A DNA stretch of 64,000 nt from Mobula hypostoma (taxonomy: Eukaryota). Shown one piece after another: positions 49,403-61,277 of the stretch. How positions within the stretch are numbered: position 1 is the first letter of the stretch; every line of letters begins with the position of its first letter. A model generated the notes under the pieces. It was not told the DNA's origin and did not search any database. It saw only the letters and a list, made by a program, of their open reading frames with translations. Location: the NCBI RefSeq assembly GCF_963921235.1, contig NC_086097.1, forward strand, positions 245,398,001-245,462,000, read 5' to 3'. Position numbers and translations under genes: made by a program.

Positions 49403-49489
49403 AATATCTCTTAATCAATGTCATTCAAAGACAAATCCATGTCTGTGATGTATTTTGTATTACCAATATTGAATTGGTTTAATTGGTTA

Positions 49490-50370
49490 GTTGGTTAATT
49501 TGCAGGTGCAGCAGGCTATCAAGGAGGTAAATGGAATGTTGGCCTTCTTTGCCAGAGGGATTGGATTTAAGAGCAGGAAGGGTATGCTGCAGCTTTACAG
49601 GGTGCTGGTGAGGCTGCATCTGGAGTACTATGTGCAGTTCTGGTCTCCTTACTTGAGGAAGGATATACTGGCTTTGGAGAAGGTGCAGAGAAGGTTCGCC
49701 AAGTTGATTCCAGAGCTGAGGGGGTCAGACCATGAGGAGAGATTGAGTCGCCTGGGACTGTACTCACTGGAATTCTGAAAAATGAGAGGAGGTCTTACAG
49801 AAATATATAAAATTATGAAAGGGATGGATAAGATAGAAGTAGGAAAGTTGTTTCCACTGGTAGGTGAGACTAGAACTAGGGGACATTGCCTCAAGATTCA
49901 GGGGCAAACACGAGGAAATCTGCAGATGCTGGAAATTCAAGCAACCCACATAAAAAATGCTGGTGAATGCAGCAGGCCAGGCAGCATCTATAGGAAGAGG
50001 TACAGTTGACGTTTTGTGGCCAAAGAAATTATAGAAATGTCGACTGTTCCCCTTCCTATAGACGCTGCCTGGCCTGCTGCGTTCATCAAGATTCAGGGGA
50101 GTAAATTTAGGATGAAGATGAGGAGGAACTGCTTTTCCCAGAGAGTGGTGAATCTGGAATTCTTTGCCCGATGAAGCAGTGGAGGCTACCTCAGTAAATA
50201 CATTTAAGACAAGGTTGGATAGATTTTTGCATAGTAGGGGAATTAAGAGTTGTGGGGAAAAAGCAGGTAGGTGGAGGTGAGTCTATCGCCAGGTCAGCCA
50301 TGATCTTATTGAATGTCGGAGGAGACTCGATGGGAGCCCGACCCCTGCTCCTATTTCTTATGTTCTTATG
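49490..50370 (+). mobile_element. CR1 LINE 3' fragment containing a PLE mini-element
   Basis: LYRVLVRLHLEYYVQFWSPYLRKD; ttatgttcttatg tail. Confidence 0.88.
49905..50085. mobile_element. Palindromic PLE-derived mini-element
   Basis: Inverted arms; perfect 14-bp TSD tcaagattcagggg at 49891-49904 and 50086-50099. Confidence 0.9.
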
Positions 50371-50865
50371 AGGGTCAAGGGTCAGATTTATTCACCATAT
50401 ATATTAAGAATTTGTTGTGGTGTGTTGATCAGGGTGTGACATGCAACAAAAAACAACATTCAACAATATAAAGAATAAAAAATATATAAAATATAAAGAA
50501 TTATGTATAAGCAAAAATTTAAATAATAAAGTTAGAGATTAAAGGGTGGATATGGAATAAAATGTGCATAAATGAATAAATACCAGCATGTATTTATAGT
50601 GTAAACAGTTGTAAAGAGTGGTTTAAAATGCTTACAGTGCAGTGATGGAGGGGGGGGCGGGCGGAATTCTAACTAGAGTGGGTAATCACGTTAACTCCCT
50701 GGGGGAAGACACTTTTATGATGGCGTGAAGGTTTTGTTTCAATGGCCCTATGGCACTTTCCGGGAGGAAGCTTTTGGAAGAGGCAGTACACAGGGCAGGT
50801 AGTGCCTGCACTGGGCTTTTCATCCACGTGATGAAGCTGCTGTTTATTTTCACGTGAAGCTAGAG

Positions 50866-50946
50866 CAGGGGGTTCCCAACCCAGGGTCCACAGACCCCTC
50901 TGTTAATGGTAGGGGTCCATCGCATAAAAAAGGTCGGGAACCCCTG
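50866..50946. mobile_element. hAT (Charlie-like) MITE
   Basis: TIRs cagggggttcccaacc / ggtcgggaacccctg. Confidence 0.82.
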
Positions 50947-51567
50947 AACCAGATTGGGACTGCTATGAGCATGGTCTTTGATGACCATAATTTTAATATT
51001 TTCACAGCACTGATCCTGAGGAACGAGATGAGCATCTTACTGCCGTTCGGTCTAACCTACAGTAGAAAATATACTATTATCTGTTTTCAAAACCACCCTA
51101 GCCTGTCAAAATTTCCAAATATACCAATTTAGATAAGAATATTATAAGTCATAGAATCACAGACAATAGACAATAGGTGCAGGAGTAGGCCATTCGGCCC
51201 TACGAGCCAGCACCGCCAGTCACTGTGATCATGACTGATCATCCACATCATAGAGCACTGCAGCACAGAAGGAGGCTGTTCAGACCATCTAATCAATGCT
51301 AAGCTACTATTCTCCATAGTCCTGTCGACCTGCACCTGGACCATAGCCCCTCATACCCCTCCCATCCATGTATTTATCCAGCTTTCTCTTCAATGTTGAA
51401 ATTGAATCCTCATCCACCACCTCTGCTGGCAGCTCGTGCCACACTCTGACTGAAGAAGCTCACCCTCGTGTTTCCCTTAAGAAAAACAAAAGGTAGGGAG
51501 GTATACCATACTAATATTTCATACCGCAAGTCTTTTCCCACAATATTCTTTTCAATTTACCCTGTCT

Positions 51568-51880
51568 GTATAGCGTAGGGGTTAGTGCAATTGCTTTACA
51601 GCAGCGGTGATCAGCGGTTGGGGTTTCAATTTCCACTCCAGTCTGTGAGAAGTTTGTACGTTTGCACCACAGCCTTGTGGGTTTTCTCTGGGTGCTCTGG
51701 TTTCCTCCCACATTCCAGAGACGTTAGGTGTACTGAGTTGTGGGCATGCTACGTTGGTGCGGGAAGCATGGCGACACTTGCGGGCTGCGCCCAGCACATC
51801 CTTGGACTGCAAGCGATGCATTTTACTGCGTGCATCAATGTTTCAATGTACATGTGACAAATAAAGTGAATCCTTAATGT
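51568..51880 (+). mobile_element. V-SINE variant with non-CR1 tail
   Basis: tRNA-like head, V core, and tail ..gtacatgtgacaaataaag. Confidence 0.8.
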
Positions 51881-53599
51881 TTCTTTATCTTAAGCCCTGA
51901 CGTTAAATTTTCAAAAAGCAGCAAGCCTGTCAAAATGTCTAAAAGATACCATTTACTTAAATATTTAAGAATATTTAAAAACGCAAATGGAGAGGAAATA
52001 TACCATCCTAATTGTTAATGTTGCAAGTCTTGGTTCGACACTGTTCTCTTCAACTTAACCTTCCTGTATTTAGTAATACGTTAACCACACATAAAATGAG
52101 CCAAATAAACAGCCAACAGGTCTGAGGCACCAGTGTTTGTGGGAAGGAAGTGGGTACTTAATGACTTTTCTATTGCTTCTGGTTCCTAGTCGTCAGCCGG
52201 CCAACTTGAGAGCCCAGCAGTTTTTTGTGCTGAACAACCTTGCTTAGTCAATTAGAGTTCAAAAAGGATCGAAGTAACTTTATTGTCGAAGTATGAATGT
52301 GCCACCAATGAAACCCTAGATTCATTTTCTTTGGGTTATTCAAATTAGAATAAAGAAATACAGTGGAATCGATGAAAAACTATACAGAGACAAAGACTGA
52401 CCAAAGTGCAACAGAAGACAAATTGTGCAGATGCACACGATAAAAACCAACAAATAAATAAATAATATTGAGAACATGAGATGCAGAGTCCTTGAAAGTG
52501 AGTCGTTAGGTTGTGGAATCAGTTCAGAGTTGAGGTGAGTGAAGTTATCCACACCGGCTCAGGAGCCTGATGGTTGAAGGGTGATAACTGTTCCTGCACC
52601 TGGTGATGTGGGATCTGTTAATGGAATATTATTTTTTATTTGCACTTGCACAGTTTGTTGTCTTCTGCACTCTGGTTGAACGCCCGAGTTGGACAGTCGT
52701 TCATTGATTCTGTTATGGTTATTATTTTATAGATTTGGTAAGTATGCCCACAAGAAAATGAACCTCAGTGTTGTATATGGTGATAATAAAATTTACTTTA
52801 AGCTTTGAGAGGTTTGACCATGGTGGAAATGGTTTAGTTCCAGGGCAATGGTTGAATGTATTGGAGAATATAGGGGGAAAGGCAGGAAAAACCCTCCTCA
52901 CCATTGAGCACACCTACAAGGAGCGCTGCCACAAGAAAGCAGCATCCATCATCAAGGACCCCTGCCATCCAGGTCACCAGGTTCAGGGACAGTTATTACC
53001 CTCAACCACCAGGCTCCTGGATCAGTGTGGATAACCTTACTCACCTCAACTCCAAACTGATCCCACAGCCTAAGGACTCATTTTCAAGGACTTTACAACT
53101 CATGTTCTCAGTAATACCTACTTACTTACAGTATTATTAATGTCTGTTAATTTTTGTAGTTGTACAGTGTGTCTTTTGCACACTAATTGCTTGTCTGTCT
53201 TTGTTTCTGTGTAGGTTTTCATTGATTCTGTTGTATTTCTTTGTCCTACTGTGAATGCCTGCAAGAACATGAATCTCAGGGCAGTATATGGTGTCATAAA
53301 GTAAACATGCTTTGTTAATAAATTTATTTCTAAAAATTCCTTATTGAGATGCAGCACAGGGTAGGCCCTTTCGGCCCTTCAAGTCCTGTATCCAATTGCA
53401 GAGGGAGACCTATCTCTGCCCCACCACCCAAAATCTACTACAGGGTGGCTTAAACTCAGAATTGAGATTTTTGACATCAATGCTGGCCTAAGTTTAAACA
53501 GTTTGGAATATTGTACAATGTCATAATAATTTTTACACAAGTTTTAAACTGCCATTCCTGAATGTCATGTGGCCAAATTATGTACATAGTTACTGAACC

Positions 53600-54200
53600 G
53601 TTGACACAGGAGATTCTGCAGATGCTGGAAATCCAGAGCAACACACAAAATGCTGCAGGAACTCAGCAACTCAGGCCCCATCTACGAAGGGGAATAAAAC
53701 AGTCGATGCTTCAGGCTGAGACCCTTCATCAGGGTTGGAAGAAGCCAGAATAAGAAAGTGGGGAGAGGGAGAGGAGCACAATCTGGCAGGTGATAGGTGA
53801 GACGCAGGGGAGGGGATGAAATGAGAAGCTGCAATGTGATAGGTGGAAAAGGTAAAGGGCTGAAGAAGAAGGAATCTGAGGAGAGTGATCCAAGGGTGAA
53901 AGGGAACGAGGAGGGGCCTTAGAAGGAGACGAGGAGAGGAGGGGAGTTAGAGGGGAGCTAGAATGGAGAATGGAAAAACAGAGAAGGGGAGGAGGTAAAA
54001 ATTACCAGATGTTAGAGAAATCAATCTTCATGCCTTCAGGTTGGAGGCTACCTAGATGGAATATGAGGTGTTCTTCCTCCACCCTGAGTGTGGCCTCATT
54101 GTGGTAGTAGAGGAGGTCATGAACCAGCATATCGGAATGGGGATGGGGATTGGATTTAAAATAGTTGGCCACCAGGAAATCCTGCTTGTTCCAGTTGGAG
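53600..54200 (-). mobile_element. PLE 3' end / pLTR
   Basis: Colinear with 23040-23650; degenerate hammerhead CTGATGA..gaagcatc at ~53701-53734. Confidence 0.82.
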
Positions 54201-54840
54201 TGAAGCTTTGGGGAACAGGGATATCATTTTTAATCTTAAATAAACTGTCAGTTGTCACAGCACTGTACGTTTTAAATGAAAATCACTCGAATCCTGCTCC
54301 ACGATAACTGCGATTTTAGATTTGTTGAGAGAATAACTTTAGTCTCGTCAGTTCTAAATTAAAAAAAGGTCAGGTTTTACCCCTTCTCATGCTCCAGACT
54401 TCCCATGTCCTGAATCATTTGCTGGCGCAGAAAGGATTGGTAGATATCAATATAAGTCACTTAACCTCATTGCCGCCAGACTGACCTCGAACAACTAATC
54501 TCTAATGAAATCTTCCATACTTCACTCACTAGTAATGGCTGGAGAAATGTGATTTCTTTGGATATCTTTATGTCTTAACGTTCTTAACCAAACGGATTAG
54601 CAATCAGTTTGGTGGTGGTAGTGTCAAAAGTTGTCTCTTTTTATTAATGGAACCGAGGAAGATCTAGTCTTTAAAACTACCTAAGCTTTCAGGAGATGTT
54701 GAATAGACATTTCATTAGATTTGTGAAGACTTGCAGATGGTATTTTGAACCAAAACTCTCAACTTCAAACCAAAAGGAATGAAATTCCAATTTGAACTTC
54801 TTTAATATATAGTAAATGGACCATAAGGCTTCGGAACAGA

Positions 54841-55780
54841 GGTTCAAAAAGGTTCAAAGGTTCATTTCATTGTCAAAGTGTGCATGTACAATAAAACTCT
54901 GATATTTGTCTTCTCCAGATAGCCGAGAAGTACAGAAAAACCATGGGTGTCGATGAAAGAAAAGACATCAACTCCCTTCCCCCAGCATGGAAAAGAAAAG
55001 AAAGGAAACTCACAAACCCCAAGCTCCTGCATTCCCTCCCCTGCAGAAAAAAAACAGCGACAATAGCAACAAATCCCTCCCCCATCCCCGTAGAAAAAAA
55101 TAGCAACAATAGCAATCCCTGACCCCCTCACTAACAGAAAAGAACAGTGCGAGTAGCATTGAAACCTGCACCCCCCCCCCCACCCACACACAAGAAATTA
55201 ACTGATCACCCACCTGCCAATCGGCCAGGAGAAAGAGAACACTGAAAAGCTGAAGGAGACCAATATAAAGTACAGTCCAATAATCACATAGATCCCAGAA
55301 TATCGGAAACACCTTATCGTTGTCATTCAAGGAGAGCGGCCACATGAACAGCGGTGGCTCAGTCCTCCATAAAGAGTGAATGCTGACCTTGGTCTGGACG
55401 CACTGATCCTGCTGCCGACCGGCTCCACTGGGAGCAATCACTGACCCCCTCCGCGTTCGCCTTGGTGCCTCAGTCTTCCTCACCACTTTGAGGCCGAGTC
55501 GTTTATGGCCCCCGAATCCCGTCTCTGGTCTTTTCCGTGAGTCAGCTTGTGCTCTCGGTCCTTTTCGGGTCCCCCGTCTCTGCTCTTCCTGACGCAGTGG
55601 AGCGTAGATCATTTCGATCTAGTTGCAAACTGCATGTCACAGGCTCCAACAGTTTCCGTAAGACAAGCTGTGCCAAAGGAACAAGCAGAAAGTGTAGGAA
55701 AAGTGGAATAACTGAAGAGATTTGCTACCTGAGAGTTGTCGCCCGAGGAATTGTTGTTCGCTGTTGCCATCATGACCACA
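54841..55780 (-). mobile_element. Non-coding retroelement with Rex/Babar-like tail, inserted in a CR1 tail
   Basis: (ggttcaaa)n tail on the left, GC-rich body on the right; the CR1 tail resumes at ~55790. Confidence 0.55.
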
Positions 55781-55952
55781 TTCAAAACAGAATTAGGTCA
55801 TTCGGCTCAGCGTGTCCACTCCGCCATTCCATCATGGCTGATTTATTATCCCTCTCAACCCCATTCTCCTGCCTTCTCCCCATAACCTTTGACGCTCTGA
55901 CTAATCAAGAATCTATCAACCTCTGTTTTAAATATTTGAAATATTTAATTAT

Positions 55953-56250
55953 GGGGCGGCACAGTAGCATAGTGGTTAGCACAATGCCTTACTGTACAGG
56001 TGACCTGGGTTTAATTCCCACCACTACCTGTAAGGAGTTTGTACTTTCTCCCCATGACCGCGTGGGTTTCCTCCGGGTGCTCCGTTTCCCCCCCCCCGCC
56101 CATATTCCAAAGACATACCAGTAGTAGGCTGATTAGTCACTGTAAGTTGTTCTGTGGTTAAGCTAGGATTAAATCGGGGACTGCTGGGCGACGTGGCTCA
56201 AAGAGCTGGAAGGGCCTATTTTCATGCTGTATCTCAATAAAATAAAAATA
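55953..56250 (+). mobile_element. V-SINE (HE1-like), near full length
   Basis: ggggcggcacagtagcatagtggttagc head, V core, CR1-type tail and (aaaat)n. Confidence 0.85.
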
Positions 56251-57700
56251 AAAAATAATGACTTGGCCTCCACAACCATCTGTGTCAATGAATTCCACAG
56301 ATTCACCACCTTCTGGCTAAAGAAATTCCTCTTCATCTCATTTCTAAAGGGACATTCTTCTATTGTGAGGCTGTGCCCTCTGGTCCTAGATTCCCCCATT
56401 ACTGGAAATATCCTCTTCGCTCTATCTAGGCCTTTCAATGTTTGGTAGGTTTTAATGAAAACCCCCTCTCCCCATTCTTCTAAGCTCCAGGCCTAGAGCC
56501 ATCAAATGTTACGTGTACATTAACCCTTTCATTTCTGGGATAATAATTGGACTTAAATTCAAACATTCATGGGAATACTACAAAACTAACCCCCATATAT
56601 TTTAAATGGAGATGGTACGGCAACATAGTCATTAGAACATCAGATCACCAGCTTTCAGATTCAGAAATAGTTTTATTATCTCTGAGATATGTTGTGAAAT
56701 TTGTGGTTGTACAGCAACAGTACAGCGCATTACATAAAAATATTATAAGCTATAACAAGAAATGTCCCTGGGGTGGTGAAGGTCCTTAATGGTGGATGCC
56801 GCCTTCTTGAGGCATCGTCATTTGAAGATTTCCTTGACGATGGGTTAGATAGTGCCAACAATGAAGCTGGTAGAGTTTACCACCATCTGCAGTTTCATCT
56901 GAACCTGTGCATTGATGCCTCTATACCAGACAGTGATGAAACCAATCAGATTGACAAGCATTCACTGATTGGGGTTCAATACTGCCGCTGTCTGTAAGTA
57001 ATTTGTATGTTCTCCCCGTGACAGCATTGTTTCATCCGGATGTTAAGGTTTCCTTCCACACTGCAAAGATATACAGTTAGGCTTAGCCAGTTATAGGCGT
57101 GCTGTGTTGTCTCTCGAAGCGTGGCAACTCTTACGGGCTGCTCCAAGTACATCCTTGGACTGTGCTGGTCATTGACACAAACGATGCATTTCACTGTATG
57201 TGTCGATGTTTCAATGTAACTTATAGTCTTTTTTTTGTCTTGCACAGTACTGCTGCCACAAAACAACCAATTCTTCCCACATTCCAAAGGCATATGGTTA
57301 GGGTTAGTGAGTTATGGGTGTGCTGTGTTGGCACTGAAAGCATGGTGACGCTTGTGGGCTGCCCAAAACAATCCTCGCCGATTAGATTTGATGCAAATGA
57401 TGCACTTCACTGTATGTTTCAGTGTACATGTGACAAGTAAAGCTCATATTTAACCTTTCAGAAAAGTGAAGTACTTTAGTTCACGGAAAATTGAAAGAAA
57501 AGTGGAAAACTTGGGAAATACTCAGCAGGCCAGGCAGTATCTGTGGAGAGGTGAACATCTTAACATTCCAAGATAGTGATCTTGCATTAAATCGATAGTT
57601 GCTACCTGGTCTGCCAAATATTTATGGCATTTTTCTTTTGTTTTTGTTCTTAATCAGACATTTAGATGGCTCAGTTAATGTATATGATGCCAACAACATA

Positions 57701-58196
57701 CAATACTGTACATAACTTGGGTGCCTAAGACTTTTGCATAGTCCTGTACTTGTCAACATGGAGAGAAGAGCGAGTTTGTAAATCTGGTGGGAGCAAAGGA
57801 TGCTGTGAATGGTGAGGGTGGAGCGCCGCATGAAAAGTGTGGGGCAGGCGGCAGAGAAGGAATGCCGGAGCAGGAAGTGATGTGGGTGTGGACACACCCA
57901 GGCAAGGTCATTTGATTCCAATCAACGGTTTATTGATCATTTCTCTGGTGCTTCCCGTTCCCTCCCCTCTCCCTTCTTCTTTTCTCAACCATGTCTCCCC
58001 TCTCCCTTCCCCCTTCCCACTCTCAGTCCTCAATAGAGAGCCATATCAGAATCAGGTTTATCATCACTCATATACGTTACGAAATTTGTTTTTTTTTGCA
58101 GCAGTAGTACAGTGCAATGCACAAAATTATGACAGGACTGTGCAGAAGTCTTAGGCACCCTAGCCATATATATCCCAAGGCTTTTGCACAATACTG
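57701..58196. mobile_element. Composite Tc1-type MITE: two tiny hairpin elements bracketing a 386-bp core
   Basis: 57701-57746 and 58133-58196 both match the TIR cagtactgtgcaaaagtcttaggcac; outer ends are TA-flanked. Confidence 0.65.
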
Positions 58197-58574
58197 TATT
58201 TTGGTAAGTTTCTGATCTGTTACCTTGTCTGCATTGAATTAGTTAATAGTGGTTGGATGTAATAATTTTAAATAAAAATGATAATTAGGCTCAGTTTTTC
58301 TGAGATATGGAGGAGGAAACTCATTTGCTCATATTGAACATCTGCGCTAAAGAATAAAGTGTATATAACTTAAAACCAGGAGAGGAGTTGGTTTAGCTAT
58401 GACATGTTCCATTGTTGGCCAAGGTGAATTCAGTCATGAAGCCTGGCGCTGCATATAGGAATTCCTAGGAGTCTGTACCTTTCAAAGAAAAGAATTAAAA
58501 CCAGGGAGAGAAGGTATTTACTTTGCAGAATCACTGGAAACTGATTATATCTCATAAGCATCGCACATTGTGAT

Positions 58575-58860
58575 GGGCAGCGTGGTAGCATAGCGGTTAC
58601 CGTAGTGGTTTACAGCGCGAGTGGAAGATCGGGGTTCAGTTCCTACTGTAAGCAGTTGTATGTTTTCACTGTGACTGTGTGCGTTTCCTCCGGGTTTTCC
58701 AAAGATGTACGGGTTAGGGGTAGGATTAGTAAGTTGTAGGCATGCTATAATAGTGCTGGATGTGTGGCAACGCCTGCAGGCTGCCCCCAGTGGGCCCCAG
58801 ATGCAAGCAATGCATATTATTGTATTGATGTACATTTGACAAAGGTAATCTTTAAAGATA
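58575..58860 (+). mobile_element. V-SINE variant with non-CR1 tail
   Basis: gggcagcgtggtagcatagcggtta head, ggttcagttcc B box and variant tail. Confidence 0.75.
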
Positions 58861-59602
58861 TTTAATCTTCAACTTTCGGGTAGCTTTGCTCAGTTGAAAA
58901 ACATTGAGACAAATACTATAATGAAGATCTGGAATCACTTGCCAAAACATTTTAATTTTTCTCTCTCCTAAGACACCGTTAAAGTATCGGCAGTACCTTC
59001 TTGTCTCTTTACGTTGCTTATTACCAGCACAGGAGCTTATTCACAGGAGGCTTGGGTTCATGCCAGCTTCCAACAGATCAGACCCACTTGCCTCATTCCA
59101 CTTCTTGTTTCGCTTTAGCTGCGTAACTTTATTCATTTACTTAACTTATTTGTTGAGATACAGCGCAGAATCGGTCCAATGAGAGCAGTAGTATTGGAGT
59201 AGTGTTTATGACAGTTCAGAAATCCGATGGCATATGATAAGAAGTTCTTCTAAAATACTGAGTGTGGATCATCAGGCTCCTGTACTGATGGTAATAATGA
59301 GGTGAGGAGTGTCCCAGATGGCGAGGGTCCTTCATGGTGGATATCGCTTTCTTGAAGATGCCCTCAATGTTGTGGAGACTAATGCTCACAATGGAGCCCT
59401 CTGGAGTTTTTTTCCAAGCTTGTGCATTGGCTGCTCCATATCAGACGGTGATACAACCCCTTAGAACACCCTCCACGGTACATCTGCAGAATTTAAATCT
59501 CCTCAGACTCCCTCTGAAGTACATCTGTGAGGTAGACGCACTACCTGTGGCAGCTCTGCACAATCCAGTTTGCCAATGTAACGCCCTGGCTCATATCTTC
59601 AC

Positions 59603-60197
59603 TGTTATGCTGTAGGTATTTCATTTAGCAGCTCTGTAAGAGCAGTCTGTTCTGCTTTTGGCCTGTCTGGGTTATTGTTGAAGATAAGGATGATGTGGAA
59701 TGCGTGCCATCCAATTAGCGGGAGGTTTTCTTGGTGAGGGACAATAAGGTTGGTCTTGGGCTTGTGTTCGGTGGGAGATGAATAGAGAAGATGCTAGGGA
59801 GTACTGGTCGTAGCTTATGATCCGGTGGGAGACCCATTGTTCGAGATGGATTGTGAGCGACGTTCGGAAGGTGGTGTGTGCTTTCACGTGAGTGACAGAG
59901 AAGTTCAAGATCAGTTCCAACCTGTGTACATTTGACTGTTTAATTAGAATGGTCCCTTTTCTTTTTGTTATTCTTTACTAACCCTTCAGTTAATATTCAT
60001 AAATATAATTCCTTTAATGGTATGCAGTGTATTATCTGTTATCTCGTGGCACTGGGTTGTAACAGGGTAGCGACTGACACAGCATCCACACAAACCGGCG
60101 TTTGGGGTGGGACGAGTCATCTCAATCTCATGAGTTTGGCGGGACTTGAGAGTTCTTCCCTAGACTGACACAGCCGAGGAAACGAGGGTGTTTCACA
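59603..60197 (+). mobile_element. Possible solo LTR
   Basis: Non-coding block from tgt.. to ..gggtgtttcaca with an AT-rich segment near 59990-60020; no TSD identified. Confidence 0.3.
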
Positions 60198-60729
60198 AAT
60201 ATACATTCTGCTGGAGTCTACCATCACTGCAGAACTTGTTCGTGTCCAGGACAAAGAAGAGGGCAGGAGAAAATCATTGCAGACCAAATCCACTGAGCAA
60301 ACTGCCTTTTCCAGAAGCTCCCTCCTGTAAGACACTATCGGGCTATTAAAACAAAATCTACACATCATCTTAAAAGTTTCTTCCTCCAGACAGTTGGTCA
60401 GATCTCTATTTTGATCCCCATCATCCCCATCACTGCACTGCACTGTAAACACTTTAAACTATGTTTTATAATGCTGTTTACAATATAAGGACATGCAGAC
60501 ATTTTAAGCACATTTTATTCCATATCTCTGCTTTAACTTCTGACTTCATTTTTATGTCGTCCTGTGTTATTTGTAATTGTTGAATGTAGCTGGTTTTTTT
60601 TTGCACGTCTGGCCCTGTCCGACACACCACAGAAAATTCCTAATACGTGTAAATGTACAAGGCAAATAAAATTGATCTTTGATCTTATGAAGCAGCCTGA
60701 GGCATTATACCATGTTAAGTGTGCTTTAT

Positions 60730-61277
60730 TGCGATGATAATGAAGATGGTTGGTTCTTCGCTTGTGAAGATCAGAAGGGAATCATCGCTGTAGGACTTTT
60801 CTTCCCGCCTGCACGGCGTAGGTTTACAGTGAGGATCAGTGCACGCGGACCGATTCCACTCTTTAGGCCGGGGACATTCCACAACGGCGCAGTGATCTGC
60901 GATGACTGCGGCAACCGCGAGGCTGAAAGTTGAGTATTGGAGTTTTCCTTCTCCTAGACAGACTGTCTGGCAAGGCTAATGAGTCCCATCTACCCAGGTT
61001 TGGAATCGGAGTTTTCCATCTCCTAGACAGACTGCCTGGCAAGGCTGATGACCCAGCCTGCCCGCCCAGTTATACCGCTGGACACTCGGTCATGCCATGA
61101 CATAGCAAACTCAGTAAGAACAGGGACGCCACGTGAAGGCATTGCTATGGGCACAGTAGTGTAGGAGAGGCCATATGAGGGTGACCTGCAGTGGTCCTGC
61201 GGGGATCACTACAACTGGAAAGGAGAGGCTTTGGAAGAAGCTTCACCTTCCTTAAGTGAGCTCAGGACTCACCCACT
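60730..61277 (-). mobile_element. RTE-like non-autonomous element (5' UTR-derived)
   Basis: Duplicated motif tctaggaga(a/t)ggaaaactcc, which I recall from RTE 5' regions; CpG-rich; (cat)n-like tail near 60731-60750. Confidence 0.5.
61101..61200 (-). ncRNA. Candidate HDV/CPEB3-like ribozyme, possibly degenerate
   Basis: P2 catagcaa/ttgctatg (8 bp), P3 gcc/ggc, L3 TTCACGT, imperfect P1 gcaggac/gtccct(gt), J4/2 actga. Confidence 0.45.

Noticed and set aside
55010..56124. 200-aa and 195-aa ORFs
   Set aside because: They run through non-coding repeat bodies and across element boundaries.
61045..61051. CTGATGA as a hammerhead core
   Set aside because: No properly placed stem II plus GAAA downstream; the paralogous repeat copy reads CTAATGA.
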